From positions 13,134 through 77,133 of the IMG/VR virus record IMGVR_UViG_3300022821_000011: a stretch of DNA of 64,000 bases; one strand, 5' to 3'. Of this stretch, positions 51,831 through 62,519 are shown one piece after another; positions within the stretch are counted from its first letter, which is position 1, and each line of letters begins with the position of its first letter. The notes beneath the pieces were generated by a model. That model was not told the DNA's origin and ran no database searches. It saw only the letters and a list, made by a program, of their open reading frames with translations. The stretch comes from a virus. Its lineage: Duplodnaviria > Heunggongvirae > Uroviricota > Caudoviricetes. Made by a program: the position numbers and the translations under genes.

Positions 51831-52924
51831 ACAAATAAATCCTCTAATGTAGATCTTTCAATTCCATTATATTCTAACCCCTGCCAATATGGATAATATT
51901 CTCTAGATATATGAACAGATTTTGGTTTTTCCATTACTTTAAAATCCATCTCTCCTTCTGCATTATAAAATTCAGGAGTTATCCATTCTTTAATTTTGAT
52001 ATCTGTTCCTTTAGTGCTAATACACAATCTCTCTTTAAAATATTTACGTGCGGTATCCCTGTTTTCCCACGAGCCATAATATGATGTCCCATTGTAATGG
52101 CCGCTTTTTGGGATATTTCGTCGTGTATTTTCAATAGGAAGTAATTCATAGATGGCTTTAGTTTCATATTTCATCTCACTTACTTGTTTTACATAACGAT
52201 CTACTAAATTATTTACAGCAGCTTTCATATCATCAAATCTACATATATGATGTCTTATATCGATATTACCAAAATAAAATTCTACATGATTTATTCCAGG
52301 CTCAATAAAGGACTCAAGTCCCATTTCAAGGGCGCCATGGAGTGTTTTATAAGGAACTGAATTTATATTCCATCCTGGCCTATACATGCATATAGCATGG
52401 CTATCTCCAACAACTAACTTATCCCATGGACCTTTTGGTTTAATAACAATAGCTCTTTTTTGCATTTCTCTTAAATTGGCGACATCGACTTCAAGAAATT
52501 CTTTTATAATTCCTTCTTTGCCGTGCTTGTTTTCGAAATGGTTAAGCTTATTTTCAAGCATTGTAGCATAATCTGGCATATTATAATCAATGGAATAAAC
52601 TTCTCCTTTAAACCATGATATATTTCTAATATTATATGCGTGTGGAAATTCTCTAACACCACCAAAGAAATTCAAATCAGTAGAATCAGCTTTACGGTCG
52701 TTTCCATGATACATGTATAATCTATCATATTTATTAAAGTCTTCGGTTTTGTTTTCTTCTTTAGCCTTCTCTCCTTGCACGCTAGGTCTTGAAAGACTAA
52801 CTGTTATATCATCACAATGTCTACTTTGTTTAAGCAAGTCTGCATATATAACTCCTTGTGCAGCTCTATGACTTGCTAACTGAAACGATATTGGAATAAA
52901 TGGAGCGGCAATAACTGATTTCAT
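51827..52924 (-). CDS. Hypothetical 365-aa protein in the modification cluster
   Basis: No recognisable motifs. Confidence 0.3.
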   Translation of the reverse strand: MKSVIAAPFIPISFQLASHRAAQGVIYADLLKQSRHCDDITVSLSRPSVQGEKAKEENKTEDFNKYDRLYMYHGNDRKADSTDLNFFGGVREFPHAYNIRNISWFKGEVYSIDYNMPDYATMLENKLNHFENKHGKEGIIKEFLEVDVANLREMQKRAIVIKPKGPWDKLVVGDSHAICMYRPGWNINSVPYKTLHGALEMGLESFIEPGINHVEFYFGNIDIRHHICRFDDMKAAVNNLVDRYVKQVSEMKYETKAIYELLPIENTRRNIPKSGHYNGTSYYGSWENRDTARKYFKERLCISTKGTDIKIKEWITPEFYNAEGEMDFKVMEKPKSVHISREYYPYWQGLEYNGIERSTLEDLFV

Positions 52925-52933
52925 ATCAAATCC

Positions 52934-54016
52934 TTATACAAAAAAACTATCTAATGTGGACCCACTCTTTTTTTCTTCTATTTGACTAGCAATATCAAAA
53001 AATGAATCAAAGGTTAATGGAAGCATTCTTTTTTCTTGAGCTTTTGGATTATCTTTAATTCCTAAAAAGCAATTAAATTGACAGAAGGTTATTTCAGTTC
53101 CAAATGTAGTTAATTTACCACCACGTTCTAAATTATTTTGAAACCAAAATAAGTCAGAATCTTTTAAATCAAAAAACTCATACTGATGTTTCTTAACAGA
53201 CACAATAAATTTTTCCATTATAGAATTATTTGAAAACTTAACATCTGGAAAAACGAACTCAAGACCTCTTTTTGCTCCTGGACCAACTAAACAATAATCT
53301 TCATCTTCATCTATATGAGAAAGATCTATACTTCTAGAAAAATTACAGGGAGGATGATAAGAAAAATAAGGACCTATTCCACGATGCTGTAAAAGCCAAT
53401 CACAGACATCTTTAAGTTTAGATTCTGGATTTTGAACCACATCACTCATTCCCTGTCGATCTAGTTCTTCTATCCATCTTATCATATGAGATAATTTAAA
53501 TGGAGCTTCTTCATTTTGCTCTTGAATTCTAACAAAATTTCTTGCTGCTGTTTGAAGACTTGTTTGGAGCTGAGTAGCTCCCCACACTTTAGTCTTAAAG
53601 CGATTTTCATCTAAATTTTTATTGATAAAATCATAATATTCTTCATGTTTAGAATATTCATCAAAATTTATAATATTTGAATAATCAGAAGAATCTGTAG
53701 CCACTAAAGTTAGTGTTGGCATCCCAACAAATTTAACAGCCATAGCATTTAAAATTTTGTTTTTCATAGAAGTTTCTTGATTAAAAACAAAATTTTCTAA
53801 CCAAAAAACTTCAGCATGTTTAGATCTATTTGGATTCCAATATGAAACAGCTGGTCTCATAGCAGATCCAAATAAATCTGAAACATCATACTCTTCTAAT
53901 CTATTTGATTCTCTTAGATATTCTCGTTTAAAGAAATCGATAACCCAATCTCTAAAATAAGAAAAATTATCAGCATTTTTAAAAGAATTTAATTCTGATA
54001 AGTTAAATGTATTCAT
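52934..54016 (-). CDS. Hypothetical 360-aa protein in the modification cluster
   Basis: No recognisable motifs. Confidence 0.3.
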   Translation of the reverse strand: MNTFNLSELNSFKNADNFSYFRDWVIDFFKREYLRESNRLEEYDVSDLFGSAMRPAVSYWNPNRSKHAEVFWLENFVFNQETSMKNKILNAMAVKFVGMPTLTLVATDSSDYSNIINFDEYSKHEEYYDFINKNLDENRFKTKVWGATQLQTSLQTAARNFVRIQEQNEEAPFKLSHMIRWIEELDRQGMSDVVQNPESKLKDVCDWLLQHRGIGPYFSYHPPCNFSRSIDLSHIDEDEDYCLVGPGAKRGLEFVFPDVKFSNNSIMEKFIVSVKKHQYEFFDLKDSDLFWFQNNLERGGKLTTFGTEITFCQFNCFLGIKDNPKAQEKRMLPLTFDSFFDIASQIEEKKSGSTLDSFFV

Positions 54017-54019
54017 ATA

Positions 54020-54436
54020 TTAAAATGGTACTTCATTAACATTATATGATAAATCATCATCTGTTTCAATATGTTCTCGATTTCCGATCATAACAACTTT
54101 ACTTTTATTTGGCATAATTTTTCTAACTTCATCTGCCTGAATCGGATCATCTTCAAAATGATAAACGACACAAACACCAATCTCATATAAATGTTTAAGA
54201 GTTTTGGCTTTATGTTCTCCAGATGAAAGTCTACCATAGAGAACATCTGTTCTTGATAAAGGATTAAAGAATACAAAGTTATTTATACCTCTTCCTCGAA
54301 GCATACTGAGAGTTTCATCTTTTTGTTGATAAGATCTTCCGGTAACAATAATATCATCTGGGCCAGGTCTTAAACCTTCATGTTGAGCACCCATAAAAAT
54401 AACTCCGTCTATATCATAACTATTTAATGTAATCAT
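54020..54436 (-). CDS. Small HAD-superfamily phosphatase-like protein
   Basis: Motif I YDIDGVIF (DxDGx). Confidence 0.5.
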   Translation of the reverse strand: MITLNSYDIDGVIFMGAQHEGLRPGPDDIIVTGRSYQQKDETLSMLRGRGINNFVFFNPLSRTDVLYGRLSSGEHKAKTLKHLYEIGVCVVYHFEDDPIQADEVRKIMPNKSKVVMIGNREHIETDDDLSYNVNEVPF

Positions 54437-55713
54437 TATTCATAATCCGTTTGTGATGATTGAAAAGTATAATCTAAATTATCAGCTTTTGGATTGTTTA
54501 AAACCAACTGTTTTTTAGTAAGACTAGTAAGTTCTCTTCTTGCTAAAGCATCACACTCAAATTTAGCATCTTCTGTCTTGAGTTGAAGAGGCGGGGTTTT
54601 CTGAGTCCAAGCTGAAGGACCTCTTAAGTATCCAACGACTCCAAGTTCAGAAGCCACCTTACAAAATCTAATAGCAGATATTACAACTCCACCGGAATTT
54701 GGAGAATCTTGAACAGATAATCTAGCAGTCAATTCATATCTGGCCCCACCAAATCCATAAGCAATAATATCAAAATTGGCTATCTTATTATCAGTTCCAA
54801 TATATTCTCCGCCAGGTTTTTGCATAACTGTTAATGATGGGCCTGCAAATAAAGTCATACCAGCAATAGATTCATCTCTTACAGAATTTTGACCCTTTAA
54901 AACATTTTCTTTTGAAATATGCTTATCATGAAGTCTATATTCTTTAGCCATATTAAGAAAATCGCAATTGGCTGTTCTACCAGTTCTTATTCCTTCTTGG
55001 CCCTGAGTTGAGCCAGAGGCCATATTAGTCTGAATATGTTGTGTAACCAACAGCCCAGAATCTAACATTGCTCCCTGAAGAACTTCTGATAATCTAGAAG
55101 CTCCCCAAGCCGATCTCATATCATTACCAACAATAGTTAATCCTTTGTCAATAAATTTTTGTTCAATTCTCTTTGTTGTCTTTGTATCAATAAGAGTTGG
55201 TATGCAATTTACAAAATGAACTCCAGCTTCTAAAGCTGCATCAACATAAAACTTAGTTGCCTTTTCAGATCCAACTGGAAGATAATTAACTAACACATCT
55301 ACTTCATATTTTTTTAAAATATCTACAATATCATCATATGATTTTGCTGATTCAGCCCCAGTTCTAAAAGAAACTGCTTCTGGATATTCCAACATATGTG
55401 GTGCAATTCCATCTAATTCTGGGCCAGAATAAACCATTGCATTTTTAGATACACAAGTATCATCAATAGTTTCAACATGATCCATTGCGCAATTTGGTTT
55501 TGCTCTAAGAGCTACAGATAGATGTCTGTTTACTTTTCGCCTATCAACATCGAATCCAACTACAAATTGAAGATCATTAACAGTATAACCTCCAATGTCT
55601 GAATACATTAATCCAACTTTATCTTGTGGATTTTGTATATAGTATTGAACACCTTCTACTAGGGATTTAGCACAGTTTCCTGCGCCAATAATTCCAACTT
55701 TAATTTTTGACAT
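54436..55713 (-). CDS. ino1: myo-Inositol-1-phosphate synthase homologue (Ino1/MIPS family)
   Basis: N-terminal Rossmann signature VGIIGAGNCAKSLVEGVQYY matches the MIPS GxGNCASSLVQGVxYY motif; size 425 aa. Confidence 0.75.
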   Translation of the reverse strand: MSKIKVGIIGAGNCAKSLVEGVQYYIQNPQDKVGLMYSDIGGYTVNDLQFVVGFDVDRRKVNRHLSVALRAKPNCAMDHVETIDDTCVSKNAMVYSGPELDGIAPHMLEYPEAVSFRTGAESAKSYDDIVDILKKYEVDVLVNYLPVGSEKATKFYVDAALEAGVHFVNCIPTLIDTKTTKRIEQKFIDKGLTIVGNDMRSAWGASRLSEVLQGAMLDSGLLVTQHIQTNMASGSTQGQEGIRTGRTANCDFLNMAKEYRLHDKHISKENVLKGQNSVRDESIAGMTLFAGPSLTVMQKPGGEYIGTDNKIANFDIIAYGFGGARYELTARLSVQDSPNSGGVVISAIRFCKVASELGVVGYLRGPSAWTQKTPPLQLKTEDAKFECDALARRELTSLTKKQLVLNNPKADNLDYTFQSSQTDYE

Positions 55714-55777
55714 ATTGTTCTCCTTTATATCAGTTTTTTACGTGGCAATTTGTCTGGAGCAGAGTAGGCCACAAATA

Positions 55778-56266
55778 TTACTCTTTAGTGTCTGCATATT
55801 TAATAATAATCACTTCAATATTTGATTCATTATATAATTTCTCAGATTTTAACCATTCTTCGTTCCAATGATCTGATTTATAAATATCTTCTTCTCTTAT
55901 TACAACTGTATTTATGCCAGATTGAATAATAGACAAAGCACATTTTGAACATGTAGGAAGACCACACGAATAAAGCGTAGAATCTTTTAAAGAAACTCCA
56001 ATCAAATTCGCATTATGCATTGCATTTAATTCAGCATGAATAGTCAATCCATATTTAACTTCTCTATTATTTAGTCTTTCCTCGGTATCATCAATTCCTC
56101 TTGGAAACCCATTATAACCAGTTGATAATATCTGGCCTGTTTCTGGAAACACTACTACAGCACCTACACAAGTAGACGGATCTTTACTCCATGTTGAAAC
56201 AGACTTAGCAAGATTCATATATCTAATATGCCATTTTAAACTAGTGTACATACTTATCACCAACAA
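55778..56266 (-). CDS. cd: dCMP deaminase
   Basis: HAELNAM plus the PTCSKCA zinc-binding motif. Confidence 0.8.
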   Translation of the reverse strand: MLVISMYTSLKWHIRYMNLAKSVSTWSKDPSTCVGAVVVFPETGQILSTGYNGFPRGIDDTEERLNNREVKYGLTIHAELNAMHNANLIGVSLKDSTLYSCGLPTCSKCALSIIQSGINTVVIREEDIYKSDHWNEEWLKSEKLYNESNIEVIIIKYADTKE

Positions 56267-56421
56267 AAAATAAAAGTTTAGACGCGCTTAATATCGCTAC
56301 TCCTGATATTTGAAAATACATAATTGATAAAGATAATGAATAGTGTATAAGCACATATTTTCCAATTGGAATTATTAAATAACCATTCAATAAAATAAGT
56401 AAAAGTATTACAATTATAACT

Positions 56422-57150
56422 TTAATCATTTCCCCACACTTTCTCATATTCTTCTTTTGTTATACTAGAAAGTCTAAGTTTATCCCAGGCTTCAACCATC
56501 CAAAAATGTTTTTCATAAATATGAAGAGAACCAACTTGCCAAATAATTTTATGAGAAGTGAGACGCAATGAAGTTGAAACCAAACCAGCTACATAATCCT
56601 GCCAAGCATAATCATTACGATAGCCAAACACCACATCATTGCTTCTCATTTGTACAATAACAACAAGCTCGTCATTTCTTATGAGATATTGAACAGTATT
56701 TGTACAAATAAAATCTGACATTCCATCTCTATTATAATCAGTATGCATAGTAGGTCTAGTATATATCATAATAGCTCTACGAGAATCTGGATTTAATCTT
56801 AATTCTTTTACTACATTCCAATACTGAGCACCATTATGATGAGTACAATTATTTGAATCAGACCAAACACACCAACCATAATTAGAATTAATTTCTCCAG
56901 ATGGCGTAGAAACACTTTGCCAAATAGCTGGAACTTTTCCTTCTATATCATCAACATTGAGAGACATACTATTATACCAATTTAGCTCTCTTTTAATATA
57001 CTCATGATTTAACGGTCCAAATATTAACGGCTCATTAGCTTCGAAAGAAGCTCCTTGAATTTCAAGAGTTTTAACGCTGGTTTTATCTATAACAAAATTT
57101 TCATTTGCTAATTCATCTGAAAATGAATTTCTAATATATTCTACATTCAT
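56422..57150 (-). CDS. gp42: dCMP hydroxymethylase (T4 gp42-like)
   Basis: VIDKTSVKTLEIQGASFEANEPLIFG...EINSNYGWCVW...NPDSRRAIMIYTRP...GMSDFICTNTVQYLIR...MRSNDVVFGYRNDYAWQ...GSLHIY is near-collinear with T4 gp42. Confidence 0.9.
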   Translation of the reverse strand: MNVEYIRNSFSDELANENFVIDKTSVKTLEIQGASFEANEPLIFGPLNHEYIKRELNWYNSMSLNVDDIEGKVPAIWQSVSTPSGEINSNYGWCVWSDSNNCTHHNGAQYWNVVKELRLNPDSRRAIMIYTRPTMHTDYNRDGMSDFICTNTVQYLIRNDELVVIVQMRSNDVVFGYRNDYAWQDYVAGLVSTSLRLTSHKIIWQVGSLHIYEKHFWMVEAWDKLRLSSITKEEYEKVWGND

Positions 57151-57643
57151 GTTTTTTTCCTGTTCAGAAAATCTCTATCATCTTGCTGGCCTTCTATTTT
57201 ACCACGAGAATAAGAGACAAAAAATGAAGCATAATTAATTAAGTCTTTAGCAGAATCTTCAAGAGATTCAAAATTTTGGCTATAAAAAGAATCGTGTTCC
57301 ATTGCTTCCATCACAGATTTAATACGAAGCATTTTAGCATGCATTATTTCATATATTGTCTTACATCCAGTTGGATAGTAATCTGACTGAAGAATAGTTG
57401 ATTTATCATTTTGATAATCAGCAGATTTTGCTCTCTGAGTTTCTATACACTCTCTTAATATTTCTATAGATTCTTTTTCTTGTACTAAATCAGGCGATTC
57501 TTTTTCTCCTGAATCTCTATCTTTTTGAAGCACTTTAATATACCTTCCATCTTTATCTCTAATAAAAGAAGCACTCAACAAATCTTCTTCGTTACAATAA
57601 TTATTCTTTATATCATCTTTATACATTATAACACATCCTATAC

Positions 57644-58273
57644 TTATTGTAAATTGTTTTCTATTCTTATTATTGTCTGCATGCGTAATAAATCAGCGGC
57701 AATATCATGTGTACATAAGTGTTTAACAAAACTATCTTTAAAGTCATCTGTTACAAAATCATCTCTTGTATTAGAATCTTCTCCAAATTTAGTCATGATC
57801 CAAGTTCTTATATCTCTTACTTGCCAATACTTAAGAATATTACTCACTGAATTATCTATAGTTGCTTTTGAAAGCATGACATCAAGAACAATTGGGTCAT
57901 AACTATTACCACGGGTCCAACTATATTTAATTGGTTTATATTTTTTTAAGTATTCTTCAAAACTCGTAATGAATTCATTTAAATCAAGATCATCTGAAGA
58001 TGGTGTTAACTGTTTTCTAGCATCTGACGGAAGACCTTTCCACCACTTTAATGAATCCTTATCTAGAATATAATTGTGATTTTTAATAATCTTTTCAAAA
58101 TCTAGTTTTTCATAAAAACATTCACTCACAATTTCTTTAAATTGATATGGATCATTACTAACAAATCTATTTCTATCAAAACAAAATGCTGCCAAACAAA
58201 CGGGTGCGGCAGTCATAGAATTATTTCCTACTGTTTCAAAATCATAAATTACATCCATTTTTATTGTTTCCAA
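57644..58273 (-). CDS. dexA: Exonuclease A (T4 DexA-like, DEDDh)
   Basis: VIYDFETVG, SYDPIVLD, WQVRDIRT and HDIAADLL parallel T4 DexA. Confidence 0.8.
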   Translation of the reverse strand: METIKMDVIYDFETVGNNSMTAAPVCLAAFCFDRNRFVSNDPYQFKEIVSECFYEKLDFEKIIKNHNYILDKDSLKWWKGLPSDARKQLTPSSDDLDLNEFITSFEEYLKKYKPIKYSWTRGNSYDPIVLDVMLSKATIDNSVSNILKYWQVRDIRTWIMTKFGEDSNTRDDFVTDDFKDSFVKHLCTHDIAADLLRMQTIIRIENNLQ

Positions 58274-59034
58274 CTTGAGGTTGATAAATCATATAAAGCA
58301 TTAATAATTTCTGGCTCATTATATGACATCACTTTTGTCATTTTAGAAAGTGGATACATTCTAGTTTCTTGACCTTTGTCATACCCAAATCCAGTTACTA
58401 CATCATATTTTTTGTCTTCGGCATAATATACATTAATAACTTCATCTCTTGCAGCAGGATTATTAATAAAATAAAGTTCATCACAAGTATCTGCTTTATA
58501 CCATTGAGATGTTTCTAATGGCATAGAATTATATTTTCTTATTACGGTTCTAAGTTTGCATTCAATTTTAAGTGGAACGCCAGCTTTTTCTGCTATAATA
58601 TCTTTATGCATGTCATATTGATTATCACTATATGATATATTTAAATAAAAAGGAGAACTTTCAAGATAGTTTAAAACAAGTTCTTCTCCTATACTTCCGG
58701 CTTTTGTAATTTTTTCTTTTCTATCCATACTTAAATCCTTAATAATATTTTATCATTAAATTCTTTTCTTATTTTATCTCTTTTTTGTGGTACTTCTGTT
58801 TCTAAATTTACTAATTTCCAAGATACATCATAACCAATTACTTTTGGCATAAAAAATCCTGCTAAATTAGTTTTTTTATAGATAGAATGAGCATATAACA
58901 AACTTCCACAAATACATCTAACTTCACCTTGGCGAACTTCTTTTTTCTCAAAAGACTCTAATTGTGAAGAAAAATAATTCACAACCGAATACGTTATATC
59001 ACCTTCTTTATAAAATACTGTTGTTGTCATTAAT

Positions 59035-59490
59035 TTAATCCTTTGTTGGATACACACACTCATCAACACAATCATATCCATCACAGCCATCACACATTTC
59101 GCGTAAAAGACCATAATTACCAGTATGATCAGGAGCTACCCAATCATCTGGCTTCATAAGATCTGGAAGTCCGAGTGGATTAGGTCTTCCTTCTTTAATG
59201 CCAACAGTTTTTGACATATTAGCTCTTAACACCTCATCCCATGCTTTATAAGCATCTACAGTAAACGAATCTAAAGTTCCTATAGCAACCACACATATAT
59301 CAACAAGGGCATCTACGACTTCTTCTGGATTGTCTTTATTATCTTCTAATTCGTTTAATTCTTCACGAATAAAATCTATACGAAACTGTAAAAAAGTATT
59401 AAGAGTTTCTTTATCCATTTGTTTTATAGTAGAATGAACATTATAATGTCTATGCATTTCATTAATATCTTTTACCCAATCTTCACTCAT
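59035..59490 (-). CDS. MazG-like nucleotide pyrophosphohydrolase (T4 gp56 dCTPase/dUTPase-like)
   Basis: EEVVDALVDICVVAIGTLDSF...AWDEVLRANMSK aligns with gp56 EIKFELVDIFHFVLNMFVGLGMN...YLKNKENFARQ. Confidence 0.65.
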   Translation of the reverse strand: MSEDWVKDINEMHRHYNVHSTIKQMDKETLNTFLQFRIDFIREELNELEDNKDNPEEVVDALVDICVVAIGTLDSFTVDAYKAWDEVLRANMSKTVGIKEGRPNPLGLPDLMKPDDWVAPDHTGNYGLLREMCDGCDGYDCVDECVYPTKD

Positions 59491-60110
59491 TTATTTCTCC
59501 TTAATAAGGTATCAAACAAAGAAAACTTACTAGAAGATTCATCATATTTTCTTTGGCTTTCCCATAATTGTTGTTGTAACATATGAATAGTATTTCTTGC
59601 ATCAGCAAGAGATTCTCTTAATTGAGAATTTTCTTTTTTCAAAAGATTAAAAATTTGTTCGTCTTCTGGAGGATCAGTAATTGGCATTTAGTCAAGTCCA
59701 AGAATAGTTTTTATTATTCCTCTTTTCTTTGGAGCATTTAAAACTACAGAATTATAATTAGATATTGCATCTTTTGCTAATTTAAACTTTTCGTTCAATG
59801 ATGTACAATAATCATCAGTACCTTCAATAAATTTAATATCATTATCATCTAACAAAATATCTAATTTATTAGAAATAGAATAATTAACAAGAGCAACAGA
59901 ATTATCTAACGATTGCAATGTAGAATGTATGCTATAAAAAAAATTTGAAATAACAGGACTTGATGCTAAATCATAATCAGATTTAAGTATTTTTACTTCT
60001 AAATCATCAACAATGCTTGATATAACATTAGTGACAATTTTTAAATTATTTAAAATATGTGTTTTTTCATTTTGTTTTTTAATCACAATTTGCATAATAT
60101 ATTTCCTTTA

Positions 60111-60660
60111 TTAAAACCAAAATGGTTGTTCTCGTTTAGTCCATACCATTTTAAATGATTCTTGTTTAGATCTATAATAATTTCTATATGTTGCTATAGT
60201 TTGACCTGGAACAACACAATCTGTTTTATCACCAACAGCTATAACATACGACTGCTGCTGTGATATAACAAATGGAATATTTTTTGGAAAATTAGATAAT
60301 GGATCTAAATACTTTTCAAGAGCACGGTGCTTTTCATATCTAAAAGTATATTCTTTTATAAGAGATTTAAAATGATCAAATAGCCATTTATAGTTATCTT
60401 CACAGTCTCTAACCCAAATTGAGCATGGATGATTTACATGACATGGCTTCATTAAAACATTTTCTCTTTCATCAGAAAGAGACCAATAATCTATCATTCT
60501 TTTTCCAGATTTAGATTGGATTTTTGTTTTAACACCATCTAAAACACGATGAGCAGTAGAGAGCATTTGTGCTGACTCTACTGCCATTTTTAGGACATGT
60601 TTATCGCACTGATATTGTGCGGCTTTTTGTGGGGAATCATCAAGTATAAAAATATTCATT
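60111..60660 (-). CDS. Hypothetical protein. The likely true start is MNIFILDDS at 60660, preceded by the promoter at 60666..60694
   Basis: TTGACA-17-TATTAT ends 5 nt before this ATG. Confidence 0.4.
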
Positions 60661-61113
60661 ATGTAATAATAACATACTATAAAGCAAATGTCAATTATAA
60701 ACTTCAACTATTATATAATAATCTTTATTCATATTCTTAACAAAAGCATTCACTTCATCTTTAGTTTTAAATATCGCTTTTTCAAAAGTAGCTTTATCAG
60801 ATCCACTTAAAATCCAAATCCAACTATCTTCAAACTTTACTTTGATATTGTATGCCATCTATCTTTTACCACTATTGTCTGTTCATAATTCAAATAGCCA
60901 AGATGGCTTTTTATCCATTCAATTAAATCATTATCTATTGTTATGTGATTATCTTTAATCACTTTACTAAAAACTTTTTTAACTGATGGATCCATCGAAC
61001 ACTCCCTTATTTTAAACAATTAAAATAAAAATACTAATGGTGTTGCTTCAAGATTATGATTCTTTATAGACTTACTATCTGTATTTCTACAGCGCTCACC
61101 ATTAGTATTTATT

Positions 61114-61189
61114 TGGAAGCCACGCAGGGAATCGAACCCTAAGCATCGGGATTGAAAGCCCTAGCCAACCCTGTTGTTAAGACGCGGCC
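61114..61189 (-). tRNA. tRNA-like. Canonical T-arm TAGGG-TTCGATT-CCCTG plus CCA; possible anticodon UUC; the D-arm and acceptor are degenerate (the 5' region forms the hairpin GTTAAG...CTTAAC instead)
   Basis: Loop CTTTCAA; weak acceptor pairing. Confidence 0.35.
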
Positions 61190-62129
61190 TTAACTTGTCG
61201 CCAACTTGAAATAGCATTGGCATCAGTATTATGATATTCATTACCGCCATATTTAGAAACCATATCGGCAATTTTCTTATCGAGTCCATATTCCCATCCA
61301 TGAGTTGATTGCTCAACCCTCAGATATGGCATTCCTTTTAAATAAGCCCTTGCTACATGAGTAGCTCTAGCTTCTTTTCGAACAACATTATCGCGATGGT
61401 TTTTAAGATTTTCAAACTGAGCAAAATGTTCATTATAATACTCATATCCAACACCAATTTTACGAAAATATTTCTTCTGCTTATTTTCTTCTTTTCTGAT
61501 AATTTTTGTTTCTTCAGAAAGAGTTTTGAATTTAACTTTTAGTTCAATAGACATTTTTAATTCCTTTGTTAATATAAATTATTTGTTTGATTCGCTTGAT
61601 TCATACAAAGAAAACGGGGGTGATCTAATTGGATATTCAGTTCATATCTATACTCTTTCTTAATTAATATTTACCAACATTAGTAGAAATTCTAGAATAA
61701 TATTCATTAGTTTCTGTACTTCTTAATTCAGATTCTGTCACTGATCTTCCGCAATCAGGACATTTCCAACAATCTATAAATCCTATATCATCTTTATTGG
61801 CATATGGAGTAAACATTGGTCTAACTCCATCTTCAATTGAGGAATTTAAAGCAAACCCCTTTTTCATTTTAGTTCCACATTTATCACAACTAATCATAAA
61901 AATCTCTTTTATTATAAATTATCACTTCTAATTATATCTGATCGCCGCAAAGTCCACGTGCCAGAGATTATCTATCCGTTAAGACTTTATATGCTCATAC
62001 TTTTTCTACTCTTGCATACCAAGCGTGATAATTTATATGGCTTTGGGTGGCTCACTTTCAGAACGACTTTCAGTCTTGCAAAACCTAATTATCTAACCAT
62101 CTTCACAAAATTAGTGATATCCTATTATA

Positions 62130-62500
62130 CTTGATCAAAATAAATTATTAGACGAACCCAAACTAAATTTATTGGAGTATTCTGTTGCTAGGCTACTCCA
62201 GGCCCCAGTACTCTAGTTTCTAATCCACAAAGGGATCAGGCAGCAAGAGCCAAAGGTGCAAAGTTATCGTTTGCGTTTAGTTTCTAGCCAGTCGGCCAAC
62301 CAGTTAACTCCAGTTACTCATTACGCACCCAATCGATCCCAGTTCATCCCCATCAAAAGAAGTGCGACCTTTGTGCACCAAGTCTTTTCAAACACCAATA
62401 GAATATTCTAGCACTTCTTTTGGTGGAGATGGGCGGATTCGAACCGCCGTGTTAAGTGTTTTTTGTTTCCTTCAACGTCAACATATTATTTATATCACAT
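62130..62500 (-). ncRNA. ssrA: Two-piece (circularly permuted) tmRNA gene. The acceptor piece (T-arm GGCGG-TTCGAAT-CCGCC, CATCTCC, ACCA) lies upstream of the coding piece (5' GGGGATGAACTGGGATCGA...). Tag reading frame 62274..62236 is GCA AAC GAT AAC TTT GCA CCT TTG GCT CTT GCT GCC TGA, giving ANDNFAPLALAA
   Basis: The 5' GGGGATG pairs with the 3' CATCTCC. A D-loop analogue GGGATCGA is present. The tag ends ALAA followed by a stop. A 10-bp hairpin AAAGAAGTGC...GCACTTCTTT lies between the pieces. The promoter is at 62489..62517. Confidence 0.65.
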
Positions 62501-62517
62501 TATTTGTTTGGTGTCAA
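62489..62517 (-). promoter_or_regulatory. Sigma70-like promoter TTGACA-17-TATAAA driving the tmRNA
   Basis: Plus-strand tgtcaa at 62512-62517. Confidence 0.5.
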
Positions 62518-62519
62518 CA

